Assembly: GCA_948468045.1 (NCBI GenBank)
Contig: CAOKGO010000001.1
Span: forward strand, 15,215-79,214
Direction: 5' to 3'
Origin: an uncultured Clostridium sp.
GTDB lineage: Bacteria; Bacillota; Clostridia; TANB77; CAG-508
DNA: 64,000 bases
The notes below the pieces were generated by a model. The model saw only the letters and a program-made list of their open reading frames with translations, made no database searches and was not told the origin of the DNA. Positions 10,946 through 20,682 of the stretch are shown here, piece by piece. How positions within the stretch are numbered: the first letter of the stretch is position 1; the number at the start of each line of letters is the position of its first letter. Made by a program: the position numbers and the translations under genes.

Positions 10946-11509
10946 CTAATTTTTACTAAATTTATTTAATATTATACCAACTTTATGAACTATTTTAGTA
11001 GATTGGCTATTTGCAACACCTTTTCCTAATGCTTTCCCTCCTACTGTCATTGCTGCAACTAATGCGCTTAGTAAAAATTGTAAATCAAAATTCAAATTGA
11101 ATTGCTCTGTTATTTTCATAGCAATTAATGCACTTATTGCTCCACTTAAAACACCACAAATGTCTCCAATAACGTCTGCACAGATATTTGCAACTTTTGG
11201 GGCATTTCTGATTAGTTTGATTGAATCTTTTGACCCTTTAACTTTTTTTGTTGCTTTGGCATGAAATTCATGTTCATTTGCAACTGTTACTGCTACTCCT
11301 ATAATATCAAAAAATATTCCTATTGCTATTACTAATATTAAAATTAGTATTGCTGATACTAGATTTAAATGTGATACTCCATTAGCTGATATATATGAAA
11401 ATATCATTGATAATATAAAAGTCATTATAAATACTTCTATAAACCATTTTGTATTCGAGTGTTCTTTTTTTCCTTTTTGATTTTCTTTGGTCTCTTGAGT
11501 GTTGTTCAT
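10946..11509 (-). CDS. Small integral membrane protein with about four TM segments; possible OapA-like partner of the upstream large RNA
   Basis: 187 aa with four hydrophobic stretches and a conserved-looking ICADVIGDICGVLSGA segment. Lies immediately downstream of the ncRNA candidate. Confidence 0.6.
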   Translation of the reverse strand: MNNTQETKENQKGKKEHSNTKWFIEVFIMTFILSMIFSYISANGVSHLNLVSAILILILVIAIGIFFDIIGVAVTVANEHEFHAKATKKVKGSKDSIKLIRNAPKVANICADVIGDICGVLSGAISALIAMKITEQFNLNFDLQFLLSALVAAMTVGGKALGKGVANSQSTKIVHKVGIILNKFSKN

Positions 11510-11551
11510 TTTTTTATCCTTTCTTTACACTATGAAATTATTTGTATTTAC

Positions 11552-12164
11552 ATAAAAATGTCGCAAGAGAAACGTCCCCAATGCGACATTAGATGGTAAA
11601 AGCCTAAGTAAATTTTACAGTTTAGGTCTAGTTGAATTTCTCTATTTCCCGCTTAGCATTACTGCTAGAACCGTTTCCGTTTAAGGGAAATATCTATTAG
11701 TTTTAATAGACACCAGATCGCCACTTAAATCTGTACCTTAATCCCTAGACTTCCTAGCTAATTTTCAATAGCAAACATTCTAGAAGTTTTCCTTAACATA
11801 CTTTTTGCTCTTTACTAGTCTTTTTTGCAAAAGCAATTTCATAATCAGAAAATAAAATTGATTTGGCCAAAATTAATTTTATTTTGTTTAAGATAATCCC
11901 AATACTTTCACTCAAGACAGGCTACTCTATGTATTTTGTGTCTTGGCACGCAACATAGGTTTTACTTAAAAATGTTTATTTTAAGCCTCCACGAAACTAG
12001 GGGCTCTTATGTATGCCATTACATAATACCCTAATTTCTTTACTCCCTGCCTACACACAAAACTGGCATTTCGCGCATAAACAAGAAACTTCAACGATGT
12101 GCCCTTTAGTGGATTTTTAGCCCCACCCTCGTAAAGGTTGTATGACTAGAATAATGCACCATCG
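11552..12164 (-). ncRNA. Large (about 610 nt) candidate structured non-coding RNA, OLE-like by size and context
   Basis: The 850-nt gap has no ORF. Minus-strand promoter is TTGGAA-17-TATAAT with an extended TG (-10 at 12171..12176). A hairpin plus U-run terminator is at 11558..11589. The region is locally more G+C-rich with many internal stems (e.g. CAAGACA..TGTCTTG, TTATGTA..TACATAA). Confidence 0.5.
11558..11589 (-). terminator. GGGAC-core hairpin (ATGTCGC/GCGACAT, core GGGGACGTTTC on minus strand)
   Basis: Inverted repeat followed by a U-run on the minus strand. Near-identical copies are at 39077 and 46494. Confidence 0.65.
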
Positions 12165-12365
12165 GTATATATTATACATTTTTTGGTTAAATATTCCAAA
12201 TTGTTTGTGTGTTTGTTTTTGTCTTATTTGTGTTTTCTTGTGAATTAAAATTGTTGAATTCTATTGTAATCACATTTTTACTCTTTTTTTCTCGTTTTTT
12301 CTTGTGTTGTTGTTAAATATATATCTTATATAAATAACATCTTTTCATTGTATGTTTTAGTTTTT

Positions 12366-13037
12366 TTATAAATGTTTTTTTACTTCTTTGTATATTTCTT
12401 CATGAATATCTTCTATTGTTCTTATTTGTTCTTCTTTTACGCAATAAACCTCATACCAATTATAGATTTTTGCAACTTCACAAGCTGCATTATATGCATC
12501 TATTAAATGTTTTTCATCACTTTCATGAATGTCTTTTTGTTCATTATGTGTAAATTTATTTTCTCTATTTTTAATTAATTCTAGTGATTTTTCAACTGGC
12601 ATATTTAAGAAAAATATATTAGTTGGAACAGGTAATCCGTATAAATTAAATTCAAAATCCCATAACCAATCTAAAAATTTTTTTCTTTCATTTTTATCAT
12701 GTATCTTTCCAGCTTGATGTACCATATTAGCAGTAGTGTATCTGTCTGCAAGTATTATACCACCATTATCATAATATTGTTTATATTCTGTTTGAAATGT
12801 TGCATATCTGTCAACTGCATAAAATGTTGATGCAATATATGGACTTATTTTTTTTGCATCTTTTCCAAATTCTCCTGATAAATACATTTTTACTAAAGAA
12901 GAGCTTGGACTTTCATAATTTGGAAAACTGACTACTTTATAATCTATTCCATCTTTTGTTAGTCTTTCTTTTAATTTTTCAAATTGTGTTTGTTTTCCAC
13001 TTCCATCTGTTCCATCAATTACAAATAATTTTCCCAC
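12366..13037 (-). CDS. tmk: Thymidylate (dTMP) kinase family protein
   Basis: N-terminal P-loop FVIDGTDGSGKQTQ and a DRY-type motif (LADRYTTAN). Confidence 0.75.
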   Translation of the reverse strand: MGKLFVIDGTDGSGKQTQFEKLKERLTKDGIDYKVVSFPNYESPSSSLVKMYLSGEFGKDAKKISPYIASTFYAVDRYATFQTEYKQYYDNGGIILADRYTTANMVHQAGKIHDKNERKKFLDWLWDFEFNLYGLPVPTNIFFLNMPVEKSLELIKNRENKFTHNEQKDIHESDEKHLIDAYNAACEVAKIYNWYEVYCVKEEQIRTIEDIHEEIYKEVKKHL

Positions 13038-13255
13038 TTTTAATTGTTCCCTTTCTTAATATATTTTTATTAACTTTAACTTGAAAAATTTATATTTTTT
13101 AATTTTCTAATAATTCGTGGGGACCAGCAAATTATAGAATGTTTGCAATTTTTATTTTAGATAAAAATTTGTTTTACAGTCTATTATGTAGCTGTGAATT
13201 AAAAAATTAAAAATAATAAATTTGCTGTTTAAAGTTTTATGAATATGTACTTACT

Positions 13256-13504
13256 TTACGCAAGTGATATGATGATTACCATACTAATATATAAAAATAG
13301 GCAAATACTTACTCCAATAATTCCTGTTATTAAGCCTGCTTTAGCTATTTTACTTCCTGTTTTGTGACAACTAATTGCTCCAAATATTATGGCTAATATT
13401 CCTGATGGTAAACTAATATAATAAAATATTGCTGTGCAAATTGATATTATTCCTAACACTAAACTACTTATTCCTAGTGCTGTTTTGTTTTTCTTTTCTT
13501 GCAT
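13256..13504 (-). CDS. Small membrane protein (three hydrophobic segments)
   Basis: 82-aa ORF, almost entirely hydrophobic. Confidence 0.5.
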   Translation of the reverse strand: MQEKKNKTALGISSLVLGIISICTAIFYYISLPSGILAIIFGAISCHKTGSKIAKAGLITGIIGVSICLFLYISMVIIISLA

Positions 13505-13567
13505 TTTCCACTTTCCTTTCTTTTTAATTTTTATTTATTTATAATTTCATTTTAATTGTATATCTTC

Positions 13568-15562
13568 TTAATTGCTTTTGTTTATTTCAAGTTGTGATAT
13601 TTCTTGTAAATCTTCTAATTTGTTTACTTTAATGTAGTCTTCTGATATTGTATATAAATTGTTTTCTATGTACAGACCTCTTAATAGCCTTGTTTCTAAA
13701 TTATATCTATTTTTCTTTTGATTTTTGTTATGTGTAATTGTTCCTTTTAGTTTAAATCCATCTGTTAAGTTGATATTATAAACAAAATATCCTTCTGATA
13801 TATAATCTTTTTTGTAATTTTTATAACTGTTTATCATGCTATTATAGTTATTACTATAACTTTCTGCATTAAAATCTTCTGTATAATTATTAACTGGTAT
13901 TGCAATTATTTGTTTTTCTTTTGAAAATAGCAATGCTTTATGGTTTGTTAATATGCTTGATGTTGTTCTTCTATCTCCTATTATTGTGTCAGATATTTGA
14001 ACTGGATTTTGCACATCTGTTACATCAAATAGTGCCATTTTCATTCCTGTTATTATTGCTGTTGTAGAAATTACTTTTCCACTTGAATTTCTATTTACTT
14101 TTTCTTCTGTTTGCATACCAATTCCTATGATATGGTTTTCATCATAAGGGTGTAAGTATGTACTATATCCTGGTATTTTTAACTCTCCTAATACATTTGG
14201 TGTTCTAGGATTACTTAGGTCTACTACAAATAGTGGGTCTATTGTTTTATATGTTACTAAATATGCCTTTTCTCCTAAAAACCTTGATGAATACATCTTT
14301 TCCCCTTTTGCTAAGTTTGTAGTTTCTCCTATTTTCTTCATTTCATCGTCTAAAATTATGATTTTTGAACCTTTATTGTTATCTTGTAATGCTACTCTTA
14401 AGTTATTTTTATATTCGTCTATTGAAAATTGATTAATGGTTTTTCCTTTTTCTAATGCTTTATTTGCAAATTTTATATTCCCATCTTCTAATAAGTTGAA
14501 TTTATAAATTTCTGTATAATAGCCATTTTCTTCTGAGTTGTATTCATAATCTAATATTCCTAATAATCCTTTTAATCCAAATATGTCAGTTATTTTAGGG
14601 CTTTTAGTTTTGTATTTTTCATTTATTAGATATATGTTATTTTCTGAAACATAACAATTGCTAATGTTCATTAGGTATGAATTTACATTTACTTTGCTTT
14701 CTGTATTGTTTAAATCGAAATTTGATAGAATAGTTTGATATTTGGTATTTATGTCTTTTATTTTGTTTATGTTTTTTGTTCCTTTGTCTATTTGTTGTTC
14801 ATCTTCATAGTAATATGTTACAATTTTGTCTTTTTCTTTTTTTAATGTTCCACAAGATATTACATATAATTTTCCATCTATACATCTTGATGTGTAATAT
14901 GGTTGCTCTAACTCATAATTTTTTATTTTTTTTGGTTTTTCTGGTGTTGTTACATCATATATTGCTACATATGTTGCATTTTTGTTGTTATTATAGTAAT
15001 CTTTTGATTCTTGATATATTACTGCTAATTTGTGATTATATAAAATTAAATCTTCTGGTACTTTATTGCTATTTTCTGAGATTTTTGCTATTATTTTTAT
15101 TTCTTCTGGTTTTTTTACATCTGTTATAATAACTTGGTTTTCTGATAATGAATAAATATAGTCTCCATCTGTTTTTGTTACATCTGCTTCATCAACATTT
15201 TCTACTTGTATGTTTGTTGTTGAATATTCTTTTGTGCTTTCTTCTAGTACTTTTGCTGTATCTGTTGTTGCTGCATTTGAAAAATTATTTGGCATTGTTT
15301 TTAAGTCACTTTCAATTGACATTGATGAATCATAATTTGTTACATAATATTTGGGTGTATTTCTTAATAGGCTAAATGGTAATTTTAGCATTGTACTAAG
15401 TTTTGTTTCTTCTGATGTTCCTTTATCATAAATTTTTTCTAGTTCTTTTATTGATGAAATTTGTGTTATTTCGTCTTGTTCCTTTTTGTTTGATATTACT
15501 AATGTAATTGTTATTATTGCAAGTATTGTAATTGGTATGATGATTTTTAAGGCTTTTTTCAT
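13568..15562 (-). CDS. Secreted/anchored beta-propeller domain protein
   Basis: N-terminal TM/signal segment. C-terminal region YSSRFLGEKAYLVTYKTIDPLFVVDLSNPRTPNVLGELKIPGYSTYLHPY resembles the bacterial Beta_propel family. Confidence 0.65.
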   Translation of the reverse strand: MKKALKIIIPITILAIITITLVISNKKEQDEITQISSIKELEKIYDKGTSEETKLSTMLKLPFSLLRNTPKYYVTNYDSSMSIESDLKTMPNNFSNAATTDTAKVLEESTKEYSTTNIQVENVDEADVTKTDGDYIYSLSENQVIITDVKKPEEIKIIAKISENSNKVPEDLILYNHKLAVIYQESKDYYNNNKNATYVAIYDVTTPEKPKKIKNYELEQPYYTSRCIDGKLYVISCGTLKKEKDKIVTYYYEDEQQIDKGTKNINKIKDINTKYQTILSNFDLNNTESKVNVNSYLMNISNCYVSENNIYLINEKYKTKSPKITDIFGLKGLLGILDYEYNSEENGYYTEIYKFNLLEDGNIKFANKALEKGKTINQFSIDEYKNNLRVALQDNNKGSKIIILDDEMKKIGETTNLAKGEKMYSSRFLGEKAYLVTYKTIDPLFVVDLSNPRTPNVLGELKIPGYSTYLHPYDENHIIGIGMQTEEKVNRNSSGKVISTTAIITGMKMALFDVTDVQNPVQISDTIIGDRRTTSSILTNHKALLFSKEKQIIAIPVNNYTEDFNAESYSNNYNSMINSYKNYKKDYISEGYFVYNINLTDGFKLKGTITHNKNQKKNRYNLETRLLRGLYIENNLYTISEDYIKVNKLEDLQEISQLEINKSN

Positions 15563-15712
15563 TTTTAATCATTCCTTTCATTAAATGATTTACTCTTTTA
15601 AATTTAGTCTGTTACAATATAGTTATCCTATAATTTTTTAAAAGTATTACTACTTATTATTTCTTAAGAAAATCTCGTTTGACAAAAATAAAAAATCTGT
15701 GTATAATATAGA

Positions 15713-15806
15713 TAGAAAATGAGATTTACAGACAATGTGGCTACCACATATTATTGTAATAACAACACATTACTCCGTCAAAAGCAAATGTGTTGTTTTA
15801 TTTATT
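15713..15806 (+). ncRNA. Candidate antitoxin-type small RNA of convergent module 1
   Basis: Promoter is TTGACA (15679..15684), a 17-nt spacer ending in TGTG, then TATAAT (15702..15707). Terminator is AACAACACAT..ATGTGTTGTT plus a T-run (15761..15806), shared with the opposing peptide gene. Confidence 0.55.
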
Positions 15807-15903
15807 CCTTATTAATCCAAATTATGTATATAATCGTCAATAAGGCTACGTTTACAGTTAGGGAAAATCCCAAAGTATATATTAAAAATAATATAAATCC
15901 CAT
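15802..15903 (-). CDS. 33-aa hydrophobic peptide, type I toxin-like (MGFILFLIYTLGFSLTVNVALLTIIYIIWINKE)
   Basis: Strong SD GAGGTGGTG 5 nt before the ATG. Own promoter is TTGCAT-17-TATAGT (16009..16014 / 15986..15991). Convergent with the sRNA. Paralogues are at 16769 and 53162. Confidence 0.6.
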   Translation of the reverse strand: MGFILFLIYTLGFSLTVNVALLTIIYIIWINKE

Positions 15904-16487
15904 AAACACCACCTCACTCTCTCATAGCCAAAGCTATGTAGTAAAGTGGCAACACACATTGCTTGTCCCATTTCCTATATCTAATACTATATATTATTTA
16001 AATATAGAATGCAAGCAAACAATGTGAATTTATACAATTATTTGTAATTTTATAAGTAAAAAACAATAACTAAAGAAATCATCTATTCCTTTTATTTAAA
16101 TGGCAATATATACAAAGTTAATGAAATATATTAATCTTCTAGCATTTTATATGTATATTGTAATAGTTTAGTTCTCTTTCAAAATTCACTACTTTATTTA
16201 AAATTTAATATATTAAATTTTAACTTGTATCAAGAAACCTTATTAATCAACTCCTTGCAATATCATTTAGCAGTCTCATTTGATATTGCTAAAATGATAT
16301 CATAAATATACATATTTATTAAATAAGATTTCATAATATTTTTTGACATTCTCATAAAAGTTTTTTATACATATAAAATCATTTTTTGATTTTTCAAGTG
16401 ATGAAACCCTTGAAAATACTGCATTCTTATTTCAACATCAAATATATAAAAAACCGAGAAAACATTGATATTTCAACGTTTTCTCGA

Positions 16488-16504
16488 TTTTTCTTTGGAG
16501 GCGA
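16488..16504. repeat. 17-nt direct repeat TTTTTCTTTGGAGGCGA (distal copy of the tRNA-Cys 3' end)
   Basis: Identical to 18094..18110, which covers the last 9 nt of tRNA-Cys plus 8 nt of flank. Confidence 0.7.
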
Positions 16505-16681
16505 CAGTCTACACGACTAACCTCAAACCTATTCCTACAACTAGCTTTCAAAATTTATTATCCACTTTTTATAACAATTTTATAACATTTGATTTAATTT
16601 TATATACCATAGTGTAACACACTATAACACACCTTTTAAAATCATATTTGACATTTATTAAAATTCTGTGTATAATAGAGA

Positions 16682-16775
16682 TAGAAAATAAGAACGTACA
16701 GAAATGTGCGTTACCAAATATCATTGATATACACCACATTGCCGACCAAAGCAAAATGTGGTGTATTTTTATTGT
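16682..16775 (+). ncRNA. Candidate antitoxin-type small RNA of convergent module 2
   Basis: Promoter is TTGACA (16648..16653), 17 nt, TATAAT (16671..16676). Terminator is ATACACCACAT..ATGTGGTGTAT plus a T-run. Confidence 0.55.
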
Positions 16776-16876
16776 TCCCTATTAGATAGCATTATGTATA
16801 TAACACTTAATAAGGCAACGTTTATAGTTATTGAAATCATAAATCCTATTATTAAGAACGCTAAAAAATCTAACAT
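16769..16876 (-). CDS. 35-aa hydrophobic peptide, type I toxin-like (MLDFLAFLIIGFMISITINVALLSVIYIMLSNREQ)
   Basis: SD GGAGGTGGTG. Promoter is TTGTAT-17-TATAGT (16986..16991 / 16963..16968). Shares the NVALL motif with the 15802 and 53162 peptides. Confidence 0.6.
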   Translation of the reverse strand: MLDFLAFLIIGFMISITINVALLSVIYIMLSNREQ

Positions 16877-17093
16877 ATAAACACCACCTCCAATCTCCCA
16901 ACAAAAGTTGAGGAATTAAAGGTAACACTCACATCTACTTTTCTTATTTTCTATTAACATTTACTATATACTATATTTTTATAAAATACAAGCGAACAAA
17001 CTAAATAATTTAATCTCAATTTATTCTATTTAGCTTGCTATTTTACATTCTTTAAATTTTATTATATAATGTGATATAAAAAGGTGATTAATA

Positions 17094-17940
17094 ATGGAAA
17101 GTTTAATAAGTGGTGATGTATTAGAACCAATTAGTGATTTAGGAATTGTATTACTAGATAAAATAGAAAAAGCAACTGGATGGATTTTTTTCTACTACAA
17201 CAGCTAAAAAAGAAGGATATAAAAATATAATTGAAGAAATATCTAAAAGAGATGATATAAATCCAATAGATAGAGCAGTCATAATAAGTAATTTTAGAAA
17301 GATAAAAAGAGAACATAAAAATAAAACTCAAATAGTTGATAAAGCTATCTTATTGTTAGAAAAAGGAGATAACCCTGAAAAATTAGATAATGATTGGGTA
17401 TTAAGATTTTTTGAATTTTGTAAGAATGTAAGTAATGAAGATTTACAATATGTATGGGCTAAAATATTGGCTAATGAGTGTAAAGAAAATTCTAATAATT
17501 CATTTAAACTTTTAAATACAATATCTGAAATTTCAAATAATGAAATTAATCTGATAAGAAAGATATTAAAAGAATGTAATTATGGCATAAGAAATTTTGA
17601 AGCTATAGGTATTATTTGTATAAAAAATGAATATTTAGAAGACATAGATATAAAATATGATGAAATTATAAAGCTTGAAGACTTTGGGATAATGAAAAGA
17701 GAAATTACTACATTGCAAGATGAAATTTCATTTGACTTAGAAAATGAAATAATAAAGTTTATTAGAAAGCCAAAAAAGAAAGGCCATTTAAATCTTATTA
17801 AATATGCTAATTTTTATAGATTTACTCATATAGGTATGGAGATAATAGAACTAATAAATGAAGAAATAAGTGGAAACCAATTTAAAAAATTAGAGAAAGC
17901 TTTTGACTATGAATACAATGTAATGTTAGAAAAGAAATAA
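17094..17940 (+). pseudogene. DUF2806-like protein gene interrupted by a +1 shift inside a T7 run (17185..17191)
   Basis: ATG 17094 reads MESLISGDVLEPISDLGIVLLDKIEKATGWIF and then stops. The next frame continues STTTAKKEGYKNIIEE.. into ORF 17353..17940 (DNDWVLRFFEFCKNVSNEDLQYVWAKILANE). No CGG is involved. Confidence 0.55.
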
Positions 17941-18093
17941 TTTTATAACATTTTTTAACATATTCGATTTGTTTTTTATAACAATTTTATAACATCTAGT
18001 TTGAACCTTTAAAACTAATGTGATAATAATGTGATAAATATAAAAACAGTATTCATTTCAAAACCTTGAAATATGCTGTTTTTGCTTGTTTGG

Positions 18094-18110
18094 TTTTTCT
18101 TTGGAGGCGA
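18094..18110. repeat. 17-nt direct repeat TTTTTCTTTGGAGGCGA (proximal copy, overlaps the tRNA-Cys 3' end)
   Basis: Identical to 16488..16504. Confidence 0.7.
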
Positions 18111-18175
18111 GTGTGGGAGTCGGACCCACCATCAGAGTTTTGCAGACTCGTGCCTTACCGCTTGGCTAACTCGCC
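18102..18175 (-). tRNA. tRNA-Cys (anticodon GCA), CCA encoded
   Basis: Manual cloverleaf: acceptor GGCGAGT/ACTCGCC, anticodon loop CTGCAAA, T-stem GTGGG/CCCAC, 74 nt. The T-loop reads TCCGACT (C at position 55). Confidence 0.85.
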
Positions 18176-18199
18176 AAATACTACTACCATAGCAGTTTT

Positions 18200-18273
18200 T
18201 GGAGCAGGTAACGAGAATCGAACTCGTAACTAAACCTTGGCAAGGTTTCATTTTACCACTAAACTATACCTGC
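18200..18273 (-). tRNA. tRNA-Gly (anticodon GCC), CCA encoded
   Basis: Acceptor GCAGGTA/TACCTGC, anticodon arm AAACC-TTGCCAA-GGTTT, T-arm ACGAG-TTCGATT-CTCGT, 74 nt. Confidence 0.9.
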
Positions 18274-18472
18274 ACTTTTATAAAATTTTCAAAGATTGAC
18301 TTTCGCCTTGCCAAGGCTACGTTTTTCTTCTACTAATTCCATTGTATTCATGATTAAGCTGTTTTATTCCTAATGCATTCATAATAATAACAAATTTATG
18401 AACAATTGTCAAGGAAACAACTATTTAACTTTTATTTTTTAATTAAACAGTTGTAACCTTTCTCAAAAAATT

Positions 18473-18514
18473 CATTTTGGGCACTTCAGTGCCTGTCCCA
18501 ATTATGCCCAAATG
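18473..18514 (-). terminator. GGGAC-core hairpin with a different stem (CATTTTGGGCA/TGCCCAAATG, core CCTGTCCC on plus strand), terminator of topA
   Basis: Inverted repeat followed by a U-run on the minus strand. Confidence 0.6.
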
Positions 18515-18522
18515 TGTTTTAG

Positions 18523-20616
18523 TTATTTCTTTTTGGTTCTTTTTTTAGCTGTCTTAGTTGTTTTGGATGTTTTTGTTGTTTTTCTTGGCTTTTTGGTTGT
18601 TTCTTTTTTTATTTCTTCTGCTTCTTCTGGATTCCACTTTTCTCCTTTTTTTGGCTTGTTCCATGAGATGTAGTCACATGATGCTGGGTTGTTTTCACAT
18701 ATGTAGTAATTTCTTTTTCTTTTTGTTTTTCTTACTTGTACTGTTGCTCCACATTTTGGACATGGTACGTCTATTGTTTCTATTATTGGTTTTGCGTTTT
18801 TACATTCAGGATATCCTGGACATGCTAAAAATTTGCCATATCTTCCAAATTTGTATACCATCATTCTTCCGCATTTTTCGCATTGTACGTCTGATACTTC
18901 GTCTACTAATTCTACGTGTTCTAGTTCTTTTTCTACTTTTTCTATTTCTTTTTCAAATGGCCCATAGAATTCTCTTATCATTTTTTTCCATTGTTCTTTT
19001 CCATTTGCTATTTCATCAAATTCGTTTTCTATTTTTGCTGTGAATTCTACATTTATTACGTCTGTGAAGTTTTCTGTTAATAGTTTGTTTACAATTCTTC
19101 CAAGCTCTGTTGGATGTAATTGTTTTTGTACTTTTTCTATATATCTTCTTTCTAGTATTGTTGTGATAGTTGGCGAGTATGTACTTGGTCTACCTATTTC
19201 TTTTTCTTCTAATGCTTTTACTAAGCTTGCTTCTGTGTATCTTGGTGGTGGTTCTGTAAAGCTTTGTTTTGGATTTAGTTTTTTTAGTAATAACTCTTGT
19301 TTTTCTTTTAGGTCTGGTAACATTCCTTGCATTTCTTGCTCTTGTGCATCTGTCCCCTCTACATATAAAGTCATAAATCCTTGAAAACGTATGGTTTGTC
19401 CGTTTGCTTTAAATGTATAATTGTTTGCATCTATTGAAACTGCCATCGTGTCATATATTGCTGCTGACATTTGACTTGCCATAAAACGATTGTATATTAG
19501 TTTGTATAGTTTGTATTGATCTTTGCTTAAATAGTCTTTTATGCTTTCTGGTTCTAAGTCTGCATAAGTAGGTCTTATACCCTCATGTGCATCTTGTGCA
19601 TCTTTATTGGTTTTGTAATATCTATTTTCATAGTATTTTTCACCATAGGTTGCTACTATATGGCTTTTTGCTGCTGCTCTTGCTTCTTCTGATATTCTTG
19701 TTGAGTCTGTTCTCATGTATGTTATTAAACCAACTGTGCCTTTTTCTGGCATTTTGACTCCTTCATATAGACCTTGTGCTATTGACATTGTTTTCTTTAG
19801 TGTAAATCCTAGTTTTCTTGATGCTTCTTGTTGCATTGTACTTGTTGTAAATGGTGGAGCAGGATTTCTTTTCTTTTCTCCTCTTTTTACTTCTTGTACT
19901 ATATATTTGGCTTGTTTTAAGTCTTTTAAAATTTTATTCATTTCTTCCTCAGAGTGAACTTCTAGCTTTTTTCCGTCTTTTCCATGAAATCTTGATTCAA
20001 ATTCTTTTTTGCTGTCTTTGTCTTGTAGATTTGCATATAAATTCCAGTATTCTTCTGGTTTGAAGTTTTCTATTTCTTCTTCTCTGTCTACTATTAATTT
20101 TACTGCTACTGATTGTACTCTTCCAGCTGATAGACCTCTTCTTACTTTTTTCCATAATACTGGACTCATTTTGTAACCTACTATTCTATCTAATACACGC
20201 CTTGCTTGTTGTGCATCTACTAAGTTGATGTCAATGTCTCTTGGTTCTTTTATTGCTTTTTGTACAGCATTTTTTGTTATTTCGTTAAATGTTACTCTTG
20301 TTATCTTATTTTTTTCCTCGTCTAATAAAGTGGCTAAATGCCATGCTATTGCTTCCCCCTCACGGTCAGGGTCAGTTGCGATATATATTTTTTTTGCTTG
20401 TTTAGCATCTTTTTTTAGGCTTTTTATTAAATCTCCTTTTCCTCTAATGTTGATGTATTCTGGTTCAAAGTCATGTTCTATATCTATTCCCATTTTTGAT
20501 TTTGGTAAGTCTCTGATGTGTCCCATAGATGCTACTACTTTTGTGCTTCCACCTAAGAATTTTTTTATGGTATTAGCTTTTGCTGGTGATTCCACTATTA
20601 CTAATTTATCTGCCAT
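18523..20616 (-). CDS. topA: DNA topoisomerase I
   Basis: 697 aa. TOPRIM start MADKLVIVESPAKA, C-terminal zinc ribbons (CEKCGRMMV.., CPKCG..) and a lysine-rich tail. Confidence 0.95.
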   Translation of the reverse strand: MADKLVIVESPAKANTIKKFLGGSTKVVASMGHIRDLPKSKMGIDIEHDFEPEYINIRGKGDLIKSLKKDAKQAKKIYIATDPDREGEAIAWHLATLLDEEKNKITRVTFNEITKNAVQKAIKEPRDIDINLVDAQQARRVLDRIVGYKMSPVLWKKVRRGLSAGRVQSVAVKLIVDREEEIENFKPEEYWNLYANLQDKDSKKEFESRFHGKDGKKLEVHSEEEMNKILKDLKQAKYIVQEVKRGEKKRNPAPPFTTSTMQQEASRKLGFTLKKTMSIAQGLYEGVKMPEKGTVGLITYMRTDSTRISEEARAAAKSHIVATYGEKYYENRYYKTNKDAQDAHEGIRPTYADLEPESIKDYLSKDQYKLYKLIYNRFMASQMSAAIYDTMAVSIDANNYTFKANGQTIRFQGFMTLYVEGTDAQEQEMQGMLPDLKEKQELLLKKLNPKQSFTEPPPRYTEASLVKALEEKEIGRPSTYSPTITTILERRYIEKVQKQLHPTELGRIVNKLLTENFTDVINVEFTAKIENEFDEIANGKEQWKKMIREFYGPFEKEIEKVEKELEHVELVDEVSDVQCEKCGRMMVYKFGRYGKFLACPGYPECKNAKPIIETIDVPCPKCGATVQVRKTKRKRNYYICENNPASCDYISWNKPKKGEKWNPEEAEEIKKETTKKPRKTTKTSKTTKTAKKRTKKK

Positions 20617-20682
20617 GTAATCCTCCTTATTTTTGCTTCTTCTTAGTATTCTAGCTTACTTTTCTACATTTTGCAAGCTTTT

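Noticed and set aside
15719-16754. Track ORFs 15719..16027 (102 aa) and 16569..16754 (61 aa)
   Set aside because: Each runs straight across the promoters, the shared terminator hairpin and the opposite-strand peptide gene of a convergent module. The ATG of the first is not conserved in module 2 (ATA), and there is no SD.
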